From IMG/VR virus record IMGVR_UViG_3300046616_000188: a DNA stretch of 64,000 bases; one strand, written 5' to 3'. This document shows positions 19,360 to 28,018 of this stretch, piece by piece (the stretch's first letter is position 1; each line of letters starts with the position of its first letter). Under the pieces are notes generated by a model, which had not been told where the DNA came from, did not search any database, and saw only the letters and a program-made list of their open reading frames with translations. Made by a program: the position numbers and the translations under genes. This stretch comes from a virus.

Positions 19360-22300
19360 TTATCTCTTATTACCAGCTGCGGCTGATGAGCCGTAGCGGG
19401 CTTCAATTGCCTTATTAAGATTTGTGCCACCCTTAGAAATATCTTTTGCAACACCGTCTTTAATTTGTTCCAGCAAGACATTTACATCTAGTGAACCGTC
19501 TGGATTCTGCTTCGTTGAGGTGGAAGCACTTGCGTTCGTGCCGTTATTAATAATACTAATGTTAACCTTCGGCTGAACATAAACACTGCTTGAAGATGCT
19601 TGAACCGCGCCACTGGCTTGAACGCCTAATGAGCCGTCAGCTGCTCTCTTAAGCGGAATAATCGCTTCAGGACCGGCTTCTCCCATCAGACCTGTCTTAC
19701 TACCAGACATGTCAAACAGTGTAGGTGAAGTCACTATACCATTATTTGAACCGTTTGTCAAGCCCCCATTAGCAAAAGGAATAACATTTCCTGAATTAAA
19801 TGCACCGCCTTTAGCATAAGTCATTGGCGTGGAAATAGCAGACATGCCTCCACCAAGATTAAATCCACCAAATGAACTTGATCCTCCACCAAACATCCCG
19901 CCGAATAGACCAGACAGAGCTTGGATGATAGGCTGAATTACGGTGTAACGAATAACAATTCTAGCAATATCGCCAAGGATACTTGTGGCGAGAGACTTGA
20001 AATCCATCTTACCAGTAGTGACCCACTCGGTCAAAGCATCTTCAAGACCATTGAAGGCGTTAGAGACCGCACCAGCAACATCGTTAGTGAAATCTTCTGA
20101 TGTTTTGGTTAGATCAGTTAGGCCTTTATTGATACCGGCGATCCAAGGTGAGCCACCGCTTGCCGCTTCAGAATACTGTTTCTTCAGGCGCGTCAATAGA
20201 TCGGTATACTCTTGCAAGTTACCGGTATTGGCAAATTCTTGATCAAGAATCTGCTTCTTCTTCGTGAATTCATCTAGAGCCGTGGTAGAAGGCATTAATT
20301 CAGAGCGCAGTTTTTCGAAGTCAGACGTAAACGCGTTTGCTCCTGCCGTACCATCAGCATATTGAGCCTTCAATTTTGCGATACCATCGTTATACTCAGC
20401 CTGAGTTATCTGACCTTTCTTAAGTTGTCTTTCTAATGTTTCTTGAGCCTTATTGTAATTAAGGGTAGACTTGGCAGCATCATCTAGATAAGCTGAAGCC
20501 GCACCTCCGGTATGATCCTTCTTTGGTTTATTACCTTTATTTATTTCTGCAATTTTTTTATTGTACTCTTGTTGTACCCCGGCCATGGCGTTGAAGATTT
20601 CGTCGGCTGACCTACCTTTAGTGTTTTTCTTAATTAGCTCTTGTTGCTCGTGCAATTTAGCAAGCGCTCTAGCGGCCTCAGAAGCTCCGTCGCCATATTT
20701 TTCATAAACATTTTGAGCTTTGTCGCGGTCTTCGGCAAGCTTTTTAACCACAGTCATTTTGTCAGCGAGCTTATCCAGATTCGATCTGGCGATAGCTGCT
20801 TGGTTGTTTATTCTGCCGATCATTTTGTCTTGATCTTGACCAGTAGATGAAGACGTAGCATCCTTGAGTTTATCAGCTGTAAGCCTATCAAGCTCCATAT
20901 AGTTGTCAGCCAACGCAGCCTGATTCTTAGACAGCGACATTTTATAATAAGCTTTTTCGACATCATCAGCAGCTTTGGATACAACAGCAGCCATGTCGGT
21001 AGCAGCACCGCTTGCAGCATTCATGGTAGAGACGAACCCTGATGCATTTCCCCCATTAAGGGTTGCAAGCAGTTCAGCAATTTTAGCTTTCAATACTTCA
21101 GCGTTTTGACCAGTCGTGTCCATCTGAGACACGATTTCAATCAATGTCTTAGCAAATGCTTGCCCGCCCGGTGTGTCTAATTTTTGGCTTCTAATAATGT
21201 TAGCCAATTCAGACCACGAGCCTCCAGTTTTTTGAATCTTTTCAATAACCGGCAGGAGCGATTCAGCAAGCGTTTGAGTCTCAGTCTTAATAAGGGACCA
21301 AGAACCGTTATCCAACGCGGCTTGGACCGTATCAACAAACGACTGTTGAAGTTCTTTCAGATGAGCATTAGTTTTGTCTAGCTGTTCATTTAGCGAACCT
21401 TGCTCTTTAATAAGCTGAGCCGTGGTGAATGTCGCAATCAAATCCTTGTAACGGCCCAAAGCATCTTTGCTGCCGTCAAGAGTTACACTGAAATCGTCAG
21501 CGGCTTGACGTGTGGCATACCAAGTTGTTCCAAGAACGCCAAGCGCAATGATAAGCAATCCGATTGGACCAGTTGCGACAGATAGCAGCGTAGCTCCACT
21601 AAATACAGCTTCAAGAGCCAGACCAAAAGCTTGTAATGCCGGTCTAGCTCCGGTTAGCACTTGGCCAAACAGACTCACAACATTAATTGTTGTGGACCAC
21701 GCTCCAGACAATTTAGTAAGAGAGCCTAGCATACCTTGAAGATATGAAGCAATGTTGTACGTTAAAATCAGCTTAAGGCCTAGTACGACAGAGTCAATAT
21801 TTTTTACTAAGAAGACAAAACCGTCTCCAAGAGCGCCAACAACCTTAGCCGTGCGCTCGCCAAATTCAGAAGCGAATTTCAAAAACTCAGGCGCGGAAAT
21901 AGCTTCTCTAATTTTTTGAAACGCTCCGGCCAAAGCATCCATAGCTCCGCTTTGACCTATTATGACTTGAAGATCGTAGAGAGCATCATATAATAGATTA
22001 AATTGAGCCACGGACCCTTTAAGGGCGTATTGCAGTGATCCACCGTAAGTCTTTTGAATCTCAGCCGCGAATTTTGGAAGGAACTCGTTGGACGCAATAC
22101 TACCAGCCTTCAACATTTTTTGCAGCTCAGCGGTGTTTACACCTAGTGCGCGAGCAGCTAGGTTTACTGCACCTGGAAGTTGCTCGCCTAACTGTCTACG
22201 AAGTTCTTCGGAAGACACAGTTCCTTTTGACATCATCTGTTCAAGTGCAAGCAACGCAAGCTTTGTTCTGTCGCTTGAGCGGTGCAATACTGTCATAGCG

Positions 22301-23643
22301 GTAATGGTTGCTTCGAAGATTTCGCGTGTCTGATCCGTGGAAACGCCAGCGAGCTTAGACGAAACAGAGAACGAGCCAAAAGATTCTTGAATGTCATCGA
22401 TACGCTGGCCAAGACGTTTAGCCATATCTTCGGTGTAGCGCATCTCTTCGCCCGTAGCTGCTAAGTTGCCTTCGTTGACAGCTAGTAGCGTTGACTTAAA
22501 TGCGTTGAAGCTATTATTTACGTCATAGATAGATTTTGATAAAGTACCAAGTGTGATAGAGCCAATCAAGGTACGGAACACTGAAGCGGCTTGGAACGTA
22601 CCGCTAAAGGCGTTCTCTAAGCCGCGTAGATTCGAAGTCATGCCAGCGGCTTCGCGAGTAAAACCGCCACCACCGATCCCATTAAGATTGGTTCTGAAAT
22701 TATTTAAGAATTTGTTTGCCGTGCCTGCTGCTATGCCAATTTTCTCAAGATAGGCCGCGATCTGTGGCGCGTTAGCTGGAACTTTTAAATTCCCTAACAT
22801 CTTCACAAAAGCTTCTACGTTTTTAATCTGAGCCGGTGTTGGACCTTTAAAATTAGAAAAGGCTTGCGTGATGGCAGAGATAGAGCTAGTGCCACTGACT
22901 GGTTTAAACGTAGCCAGCGTGGAAAATAAGTCGCGAAGATTTTTTACGCTGGTGGAGCTTGGAGCTTTCATGCCTGCCACAGCATTGCTCAAATTTATGA
23001 TCCCGCTGACAAGTGAACCGCTAACAGAAGCTTTAGAGCCGCTATTGTTAAGCGCGCTGAAGAAAGCCTTCATGTTGGAGACAGCTTTTTCAGAAGGCGC
23101 TCTGAAGCCACCTAGGGCGTCACCAAGCTTCGTTATTCCGGCAAAATTACCAGCGATACGAAGCGACGGCGCAACTTCTTGTAGCGACATCCCGAATGCC
23201 TTTAGAGCAACGATCTTTGACTCGCTTGGGACTTTAAATCCCGCAAGGGCAGAACTAATCTTGTTAACAGATTCAGCAAAGCTCCCGCTAACATTGAAGC
23301 TGTTTAGCAGGGCAGGTATAGATGTGGCGAATGAATTGATATTTTTCAAGGCAGCAGGGCTCGGCGCTTTTAGATTTTTAAAAGCGTTGCCGATGCTGTT
23401 AATGCTCTTAACAGCGGCTGGATTAATGTTGATGTTGTTGAGTTTGCCTAAGTCTTTTGCAAGCTTGGTGAAGTCACCGCCAGAGGCACCACCCGCCATC
23501 AGTTTAGAGAAGGCAGCTTCGGCCTTGGCGTCTAGACCACTAAGACTTTTATTAACCCCATCAATGGCCTTGATGAACTGTCTCGCTCCCGCTTCGGCGC
23601 GGGAGGCGTCAATTTCGAAGCGTAAGGAGAAAGTGTCGGCCAT
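19360..23643 (-). CDS. Tape measure protein
   Basis: 1427 aa, helical; EQMMSKGTVSSEELRRQLGEQLPGA tape-measure domain; lambda-like FANGG...MGEAGPEAIIPL C-terminus. Confidence 0.95.
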   Translation of the reverse strand: MADTFSLRFEIDASRAEAGARQFIKAIDGVNKSLSGLDAKAEAAFSKLMAGGASGGDFTKLAKDLGKLNNININPAAVKSINSIGNAFKNLKAPSPAALKNINSFATSIPALLNSFNVSGSFAESVNKISSALAGFKVPSESKIVALKAFGMSLQEVAPSLRIAGNFAGITKLGDALGGFRAPSEKAVSNMKAFFSALNNSGSKASVSGSLVSGIINLSNAVAGMKAPSSTSVKNLRDLFSTLATFKPVSGTSSISAITQAFSNFKGPTPAQIKNVEAFVKMLGNLKVPANAPQIAAYLEKIGIAAGTANKFLNNFRTNLNGIGGGGFTREAAGMTSNLRGLENAFSGTFQAASVFRTLIGSITLGTLSKSIYDVNNSFNAFKSTLLAVNEGNLAATGEEMRYTEDMAKRLGQRIDDIQESFGSFSVSSKLAGVSTDQTREIFEATITAMTVLHRSSDRTKLALLALEQMMSKGTVSSEELRRQLGEQLPGAVNLAARALGVNTAELQKMLKAGSIASNEFLPKFAAEIQKTYGGSLQYALKGSVAQFNLLYDALYDLQVIIGQSGAMDALAGAFQKIREAISAPEFLKFASEFGERTAKVVGALGDGFVFLVKNIDSVVLGLKLILTYNIASYLQGMLGSLTKLSGAWSTTINVVSLFGQVLTGARPALQAFGLALEAVFSGATLLSVATGPIGLLIIALGVLGTTWYATRQAADDFSVTLDGSKDALGRYKDLIATFTTAQLIKEQGSLNEQLDKTNAHLKELQQSFVDTVQAALDNGSWSLIKTETQTLAESLLPVIEKIQKTGGSWSELANIIRSQKLDTPGGQAFAKTLIEIVSQMDTTGQNAEVLKAKIAELLATLNGGNASGFVSTMNAASGAATDMAAVVSKAADDVEKAYYKMSLSKNQAALADNYMELDRLTADKLKDATSSSTGQDQDKMIGRINNQAAIARSNLDKLADKMTVVKKLAEDRDKAQNVYEKYGDGASEAARALAKLHEQQELIKKNTKGRSADEIFNAMAGVQQEYNKKIAEINKGNKPKKDHTGGAASAYLDDAAKSTLNYNKAQETLERQLKKGQITQAEYNDGIAKLKAQYADGTAGANAFTSDFEKLRSELMPSTTALDEFTKKKQILDQEFANTGNLQEYTDLLTRLKKQYSEAASGGSPWIAGINKGLTDLTKTSEDFTNDVAGAVSNAFNGLEDALTEWVTTGKMDFKSLATSILGDIARIVIRYTVIQPIIQALSGLFGGMFGGGSSSFGGFNLGGGMSAISTPMTYAKGGAFNSGNVIPFANGGLTNGSNNGIVTSPTLFDMSGSKTGLMGEAGPEAIIPLKRAADGSLGVQASGAVQASSSSVYVQPKVNISIINNGTNASASTSTKQNPDGSLDVNVLLEQIKDGVAKDISKGGTNLNKAIEARYGSSAAAGNKR

Positions 23644-24050
23644 TATTTATTCTTCTTTAAATTATTTAAGGTTTCTTCTTTTCGCTTTTTTTCTTTTTCT
23701 TTTTCGTAATAATCTTCGATCCAAAGAGTATCTAAAAGTTTAATAAAATCAGCGAAATCGATTTTCTTTCTGTAGCCATCTATGCCGTAGATTTGGCAAT
23801 AATGATTAATTTCGGAAAATGTAATGTGAAGAGGGCCAGCCATCCCGGCAGGTCTGGATGCAGAAAGTATTAAAAATCCTTCCCAAATCCATCGCAAATC
23901 TTCAAAAAGTATCGGCCCTTCTTCTTCCTTAACTTCCTCCGGTTTAGGAGGAAGATTTTTTTCTTTTCTTACCTGCTCTATCCACTCATTAGTCTTTCTA
24001 GAAATTTTGTTGTTTGCTCTAGAGAGTGAATATTTCAGGTATTCAATTAG
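23643..24050 (-). CDS. Tail assembly chaperone T segment (translated by -1 frameshift from G)
   Basis: The -1 frame is open from the slippery site to the stop overlapping the TMP start and includes the 84-aa track ORF. Confidence 0.8.
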   Translation of the reverse strand, partial: LIEYLKYSLSRANNKISRKTNEWIEQVRKEKNLPPKPEEVKEEEGPILFEDLRWIWEGFLILSASRPAGMAGPLHITFSEINHYCQIYGIDGYRKKIDFADFIKLLDTLWIEDYYEKEKEKKRKEETLNNLKKNK

Positions 24051-24448
24051 TTTTTTTCTGCTTCGGCCTTGTCTTGAACTTTGAAGGCATCATCATCAGT
24101 AACTAGCTTGGCGATCAAGTTGCGGAATTCGCGGTACTTGGTAAGCTGAGCTTCAGCAGCATCGACAGAATAAGGAAGTTCAGTAACTTCGTCTTCTTCG
24201 GTAAAACCTTCCCAATCAGCGACAATGGCCTGTGCCATTTGCTTGATTAGAAGCGTTTCCTGTTCCTTCTGTGGAATGCCTTTACCAGTGCGCTTCAAAG
24301 CGAGATAAGGGGCTTCAAGGGCTTCGCGTACTTCCTGCGAACGCTTGCTCTGGAATGAGCGGAGCTTGATGCGAGTACCTTCGCCAAGTTCGAACCACTT
24401 GCCAGTTTCTTCAGATTCAATGTCGGTAGCAAAAGTTGAGAATTTCAT
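24047..24448 (-). CDS. Tail assembly chaperone G
   Basis: MKFSTFATD...EEGKWF pattern; lies between tail tube and TMP. Confidence 0.85.
   Translation of the reverse strand: MKFSTFATDIESEETGKWFELGEGTRIKLRSFQSKRSQEVREALEAPYLALKRTGKGIPQKEQETLLIKQMAQAIVADWEGFTEEDEVTELPYSVDAAEAQLTKYREFRNLIAKLVTDDDAFKVQDKAEAEKN
24050..24056 (-). promoter_or_regulatory. -1 programmed frameshift slippery heptamer A AAA AAC
   Basis: GAA AAA AAC TAA at the end of G. Confidence 0.8.
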
Positions 24449-24637
24449 TTTTTCGGGTTTCCTATGTGTGTTGCGTCGGGTGACATTTAAAGATAAAAAT
24501 GGCGACGGACCCGACAACCGCCGCCATTCTCAATAAGCTCAACAGAGCTTAAATTTTAACTATTCGTTATACTTAAAAGTAAACCGGTTGGTGACCCGCT
24601 AGCCCCACCGCCCCCACCAATAGGAGGTGAGGCTAAA

Positions 24638-26485
24638 TCAGGAGCAGACGTTCTTTACGTCACTCCAGCGATCTATCTGGAACATGGTTCCAGTCGAAGC
24701 ATCGCGGAAAGCAACGAATTCAAGCGGTTCAACAACGTCTTGGTCAATACCTTGAGCCGCGATGTTGTCGCTTGAGAACTTCACAGCTGGCAGAGTGTAC
24801 TTGTAAGTATTTCCGTCAACGTCAGTAAACTTGAAAGCTAGAGAAGTAGTTTCGTGGTTGATAAAGTCGTCGTAGAACGGGCTACCAGCTTCGAAGTAAG
24901 CCGTTACAGTTCCGGTAAGGTTGAAACGACCTGTACCGATACCACGAGCGAACTTAGAACCAACGGCTGGCTGCTGACGCAGCGTAGCATCGCCCTGTAG
25001 AGCAATGGACTGGAGCGCTGAAGAAAGTTCAACGTCATCCTTTTCAATCGAGCCAACGTTAGTCGTGGCGTTCATGACTTCAGTACCGGTTGACTTAAGC
25101 GGCGTGTAAGGAGCAAGACCTAGCTTAGATACGTTAGTGATCTGACGCCTTGTCTGTCTGCCCTCGAAAGAGTATTTTCCGGTAACGATAGCACCAGAGC
25201 TAACATCCATTGAGAACGATCCGACACGCAGACCGTCATGAACGAAGAACTGGTTAACGTCGTTGTAAGCCGATTCAGCAGAGAAGCTTTGAGCCACGAT
25301 TTGCTGGTGAGGTAGTGAGCCGGTCCCGTCAGGGTTACGAAGCATTGAACCTTTAATAGTTACACCAAGGTTAGATGCGTTAGCATCAGTAGCTGGTGCA
25401 GGGAAAACGCTAAGAACGTCGTCAGCGACAGAAAGAATCTTGAAGAAACCACCAGAAGCTAGACCACCGCTGAAGGCTGTCGTAACAGCGTTGGTAGAAA
25501 CGTCAGTAAGTGCTCCACCAATTCTGTTAAGGTTCTGTACAGTGACTGTGGCAGTCGATACAGTCGCCTTGGCTTGGAGACGGCCATCTACGCGAGCTTG
25601 GTTGATCGCAGCAGCAATGTTAGTTGCAGTAGCTGCACCTGAACCGCCGAGCGTTACGATTTGGTTACCAGCCGTTGCGCCACCATCAGATGATGTTTCG
25701 AAGATGACTTGGTTGACGCCATCAAATACAGTGAACGTGTCGTGGTTAGAAGCATTGACTGTAAAGTTAATCGTGCCAGACTCGCGTCCAGAACCATTAT
25801 CTACATAGATGTTTTGACCCGCGACAAGATTGCCAGCTGCAATTGCAGCAGCGAAAGCATTTGTACCATTTGAGTCGATAGTAGCAGCGCCGCTAGTTCC
25901 GAAACGAATAGCGGTATTGTTAAGAATAATAACGTCGTTAGCATCTTGAACCTTCGTGAAAGCAGTGCCGCCTTGAACTACAGCAGTAGTCGTGGTTACA
26001 GTGATTTGCGTAGCGCCACCTGAGAAACCAAGAGCGGAAATTTCAACATACTTATTGTTTAGGGGATTTAGGAAACCTGAAGTCTTGAGACGACGGCCCA
26101 CGGTGAAGTAGTCGCGGAAATCGCCACCAGCAATCGTAATGATGTTATTCGCGGTCCAAGATACCTGAACACCTTTGAAGTAATCAAACTCCATCGGGCG
26201 GCTCCAGAGGCCGAGAACGAAAGCCTGCATTAGAATGTCGTGGGAGCCTGCGCTGAATTCGTAGTTAATGTCACCACCGGTAGATGCAGAAACTTCAACA
26301 ACCGAGCTAACCATACGGTCGGCACGAAGTTCGTCAGAAACGACGGTTTCTTTAGCAGCTGCTAGTGAGTGGGAAGTGATACGAATTTCGCGAGTCTTAC
26401 CAGAAGAAGGCGTCGTGCCCCAAGTAAGGTTATTCTCTTGAATTAGGCGAATGCTATCGCGGTTGCTATCTGCAAAGTTGGCCAC
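24638..26485 (-). CDS. Major tail (tube) protein
   Basis: About 615 aa; TREIRITSHSL...GGDINYEFS N-terminus, GRFNLTGTVTAYFE C-terminus; GTG start after GGAG. Confidence 0.85.
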   Translation of the reverse strand: MANFADSNRDSIRLIQENNLTWGTTPSSGKTREIRITSHSLAAAKETVVSDELRADRMVSSVVEVSASTGGDINYEFSAGSHDILMQAFVLGLWSRPMEFDYFKGVQVSWTANNIITIAGGDFRDYFTVGRRLKTSGFLNPLNNKYVEISALGFSGGATQITVTTTTAVVQGGTAFTKVQDANDVIILNNTAIRFGTSGAATIDSNGTNAFAAAIAAGNLVAGQNIYVDNGSGRESGTINFTVNASNHDTFTVFDGVNQVIFETSSDGGATAGNQIVTLGGSGAATATNIAAAINQARVDGRLQAKATVSTATVTVQNLNRIGGALTDVSTNAVTTAFSGGLASGGFFKILSVADDVLSVFPAPATDANASNLGVTIKGSMLRNPDGTGSLPHQQIVAQSFSAESAYNDVNQFFVHDGLRVGSFSMDVSSGAIVTGKYSFEGRQTRRQITNVSKLGLAPYTPLKSTGTEVMNATTNVGSIEKDDVELSSALQSIALQGDATLRQQPAVGSKFARGIGTGRFNLTGTVTAYFEAGSPFYDDFINHETTSLAFKFTDVDGNTYKYTLPAVKFSSDNIAAQGIDQDVVEPLEFVAFRDASTGTMFQIDRWSDVKNVCS

Positions 26486-26561
26486 TATTGTCTCCAAAAA
26501 TTTTGTTATTGCTATTAGATGGGGCTTTTAGTGGCCCAAACTTTTTCTAAATTTGAATTGC

Positions 26562-26590
26562 ATAATACTACAATTAATAAAAAAAGTCAA
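26562..26590 (-). promoter_or_regulatory. sigma70-like promoter
   Basis: TTGACT-N17-TATTAT. Confidence 0.75.
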
Positions 26591-26616
26591 GAAAAATCTT
26601 CTTTGTACAGAAAATT

Positions 26617-26644
26617 AAACCCACTAAAATTACTTAGTGGGTTT
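26617..26644 (-). terminator. Putative terminator hairpin
   Basis: AAACCCACTAA / TTAGTGGGTTT inverted repeat. Confidence 0.6.
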
Positions 26645-26675
26645 AACAATTTTACTACTCTAAAAGTTTAAGTTA

Positions 26676-27719
26676 TTAAACCGATACGGTGTGAAGCGTT
26701 ATGGTATAAACTGATGCCGAATTAGGGGTATAAGCACCGTTGGTAACTAGGTAGCCATAGACGTTGGCAGAGCTTAATTTAATCTGCTTGTTGATGTTAG
26801 TTACTTCACAATATAGCGTAGAACCTAGATCGGCTGGTGTGCCCAAGTCGATATAGCCAAGGAACGAAGCTCTATCACCAGATGGTAGGTCCCAAGCAGC
26901 GTTATCAGCAAGAGCTGAAGGAGGTGTAACATTATAGAGATAAAGTCTGAAGTTTGTCATGCCAGAAGGAATTGCCGAAATGTCAATTTCCAGCTGAGCG
27001 CCAGTGATCAGCGTAGCTGCGCCAGAAACGCCTACAGAGGCGAAAGTAAGAGCAGCGGCTGTTGGACCAACAACGTCATTCGCAGTATAAGCCGTGGTGT
27101 CGGCGGGGCGAGTCGCAGAAACGGCTACGTCAAAAGCAGAAGTTATTTGGTTGATCGGAACAGTGGCTTGGTCCGAAGCTAGAACTACTGAGAGCGAAGC
27201 TGAGCTTGTCTTAGCGCCTAGCGAAGCTGGTAGCAGACCGATAAGCGACGTTAGGCGCTGAGCCACGCGCTGGAGTCTGCCGTTTAGGCCGCTAGAAGCG
27301 GTATCAGAAGCTGGAGCCGTTTCAGTGACTGAACCAAGTTGTGGAACAAGAACGTCGTCAGTCGCGGTTGTTACAGCTAGTGAAGCAGAAGCAGTCTTTG
27401 CACCTAGTGAAGTAGGCAATAGTGCGATAAGCGACGTTAGGCGCTGAGCCACGCGCTGAAGGCGTCCGTTCACACCGCTAGAAGCGGTATCAGAAGCTGG
27501 AGCCGTTTCTGTAACGATACCAAGCTTAGCTTGAAGATCGTCATCACTGGCAATCGTTACGGGAAGCGAAGCAGATTTAGTAGTTTGGCCGGAAGCTAGG
27601 TCAGCCGCCGTTCCGTCTGCGCCAACAGAAATCTTTACGCGTTGGTGTAACACACCGCCAATGTCGTCAGCAGCTACTGTTGCACCTGCGCCGGGGGTTA
27701 CTGCAATATTATCAGCCAT
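26676..27719 (-). CDS. Putative virion decoration/fibre protein with an internal 62-aa duplication
   Basis: Two copies of TETAPASDTASSGxNGRLQRVAQRLTSLI; C-terminal RPADTTAY beta-domain. Confidence 0.7.
   Translation of the reverse strand: MADNIAVTPGAGATVAADDIGGVLHQRVKISVGADGTAADLASGQTTKSASLPVTIASDDDLQAKLGIVTETAPASDTASSGVNGRLQRVAQRLTSLIALLPTSLGAKTASASLAVTTATDDVLVPQLGSVTETAPASDTASSGLNGRLQRVAQRLTSLIGLLPASLGAKTSSASLSVVLASDQATVPINQITSAFDVAVSATRPADTTAYTANDVVGPTAAALTFASVGVSGAATLITGAQLEIDISAIPSGMTNFRLYLYNVTPPSALADNAAWDLPSGDRASFLGYIDLGTPADLGSTLYCEVTNINKQIKLSSANVYGYLVTNGAYTPNSASVYTITLHTVSV
27240..27509. repeat. Tandem direct repeat with 186-bp period
   Basis: Identical 33-nt (27240/27426) and 35-nt (27289/27475) blocks. 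Confidence 0.9.
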
Positions 27720-27725
27720 TTTGAA

Positions 27726-27926
27726 TCACCTAGTTAAGAGTAATAGCAGCCCTATCGGCGTACCTAAAGTTACAGGAGGGTTGATAACTGGTTGAGCCAG
27801 TTTTCTCCCTGATTTTTTATTTGTTTTAGGTTTAGTTGGTCCTTCCCTTAAACTCTTGGGAGGATCAACAAACACGAGTTTGTTGTTAGACGGATTATAT
27901 CTTATGATATTTTTTGGGTTGGTCAT
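27726..27926 (-). CDS. Hypothetical protein
   Basis: 66 aa downstream of its own promoter. Confidence 0.55.
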   Translation of the reverse strand: MTNPKNIIRYNPSNNKLVFVDPPKSLREGPTKPKTNKKSGRKLAQPVINPPVTLGTPIGLLLLLTR

Positions 27927-27958
27927 AATATATTATCCAATTTTTAATTATTGTTTCC

Positions 27959-27987
27959 ATTATAGCATAGTATTTTTTAAAAGTCAA
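27959..27987 (-). promoter_or_regulatory. sigma70-like promoter
   Basis: TTGACT-N17-TATAAT. Confidence 0.8.
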
Positions 27988-28018
27988 GAAAAAGTGACTT
28001 TATACAAAATTTTAAATA

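Noticed and set aside
22868-23743. 291-aa plus-strand ORF, and the many other 60-145-aa antisense ORFs in the track
   Set aside because: They lie opposite well-supported genes, lack RBS or motifs and reflect codon bias of the sense strand
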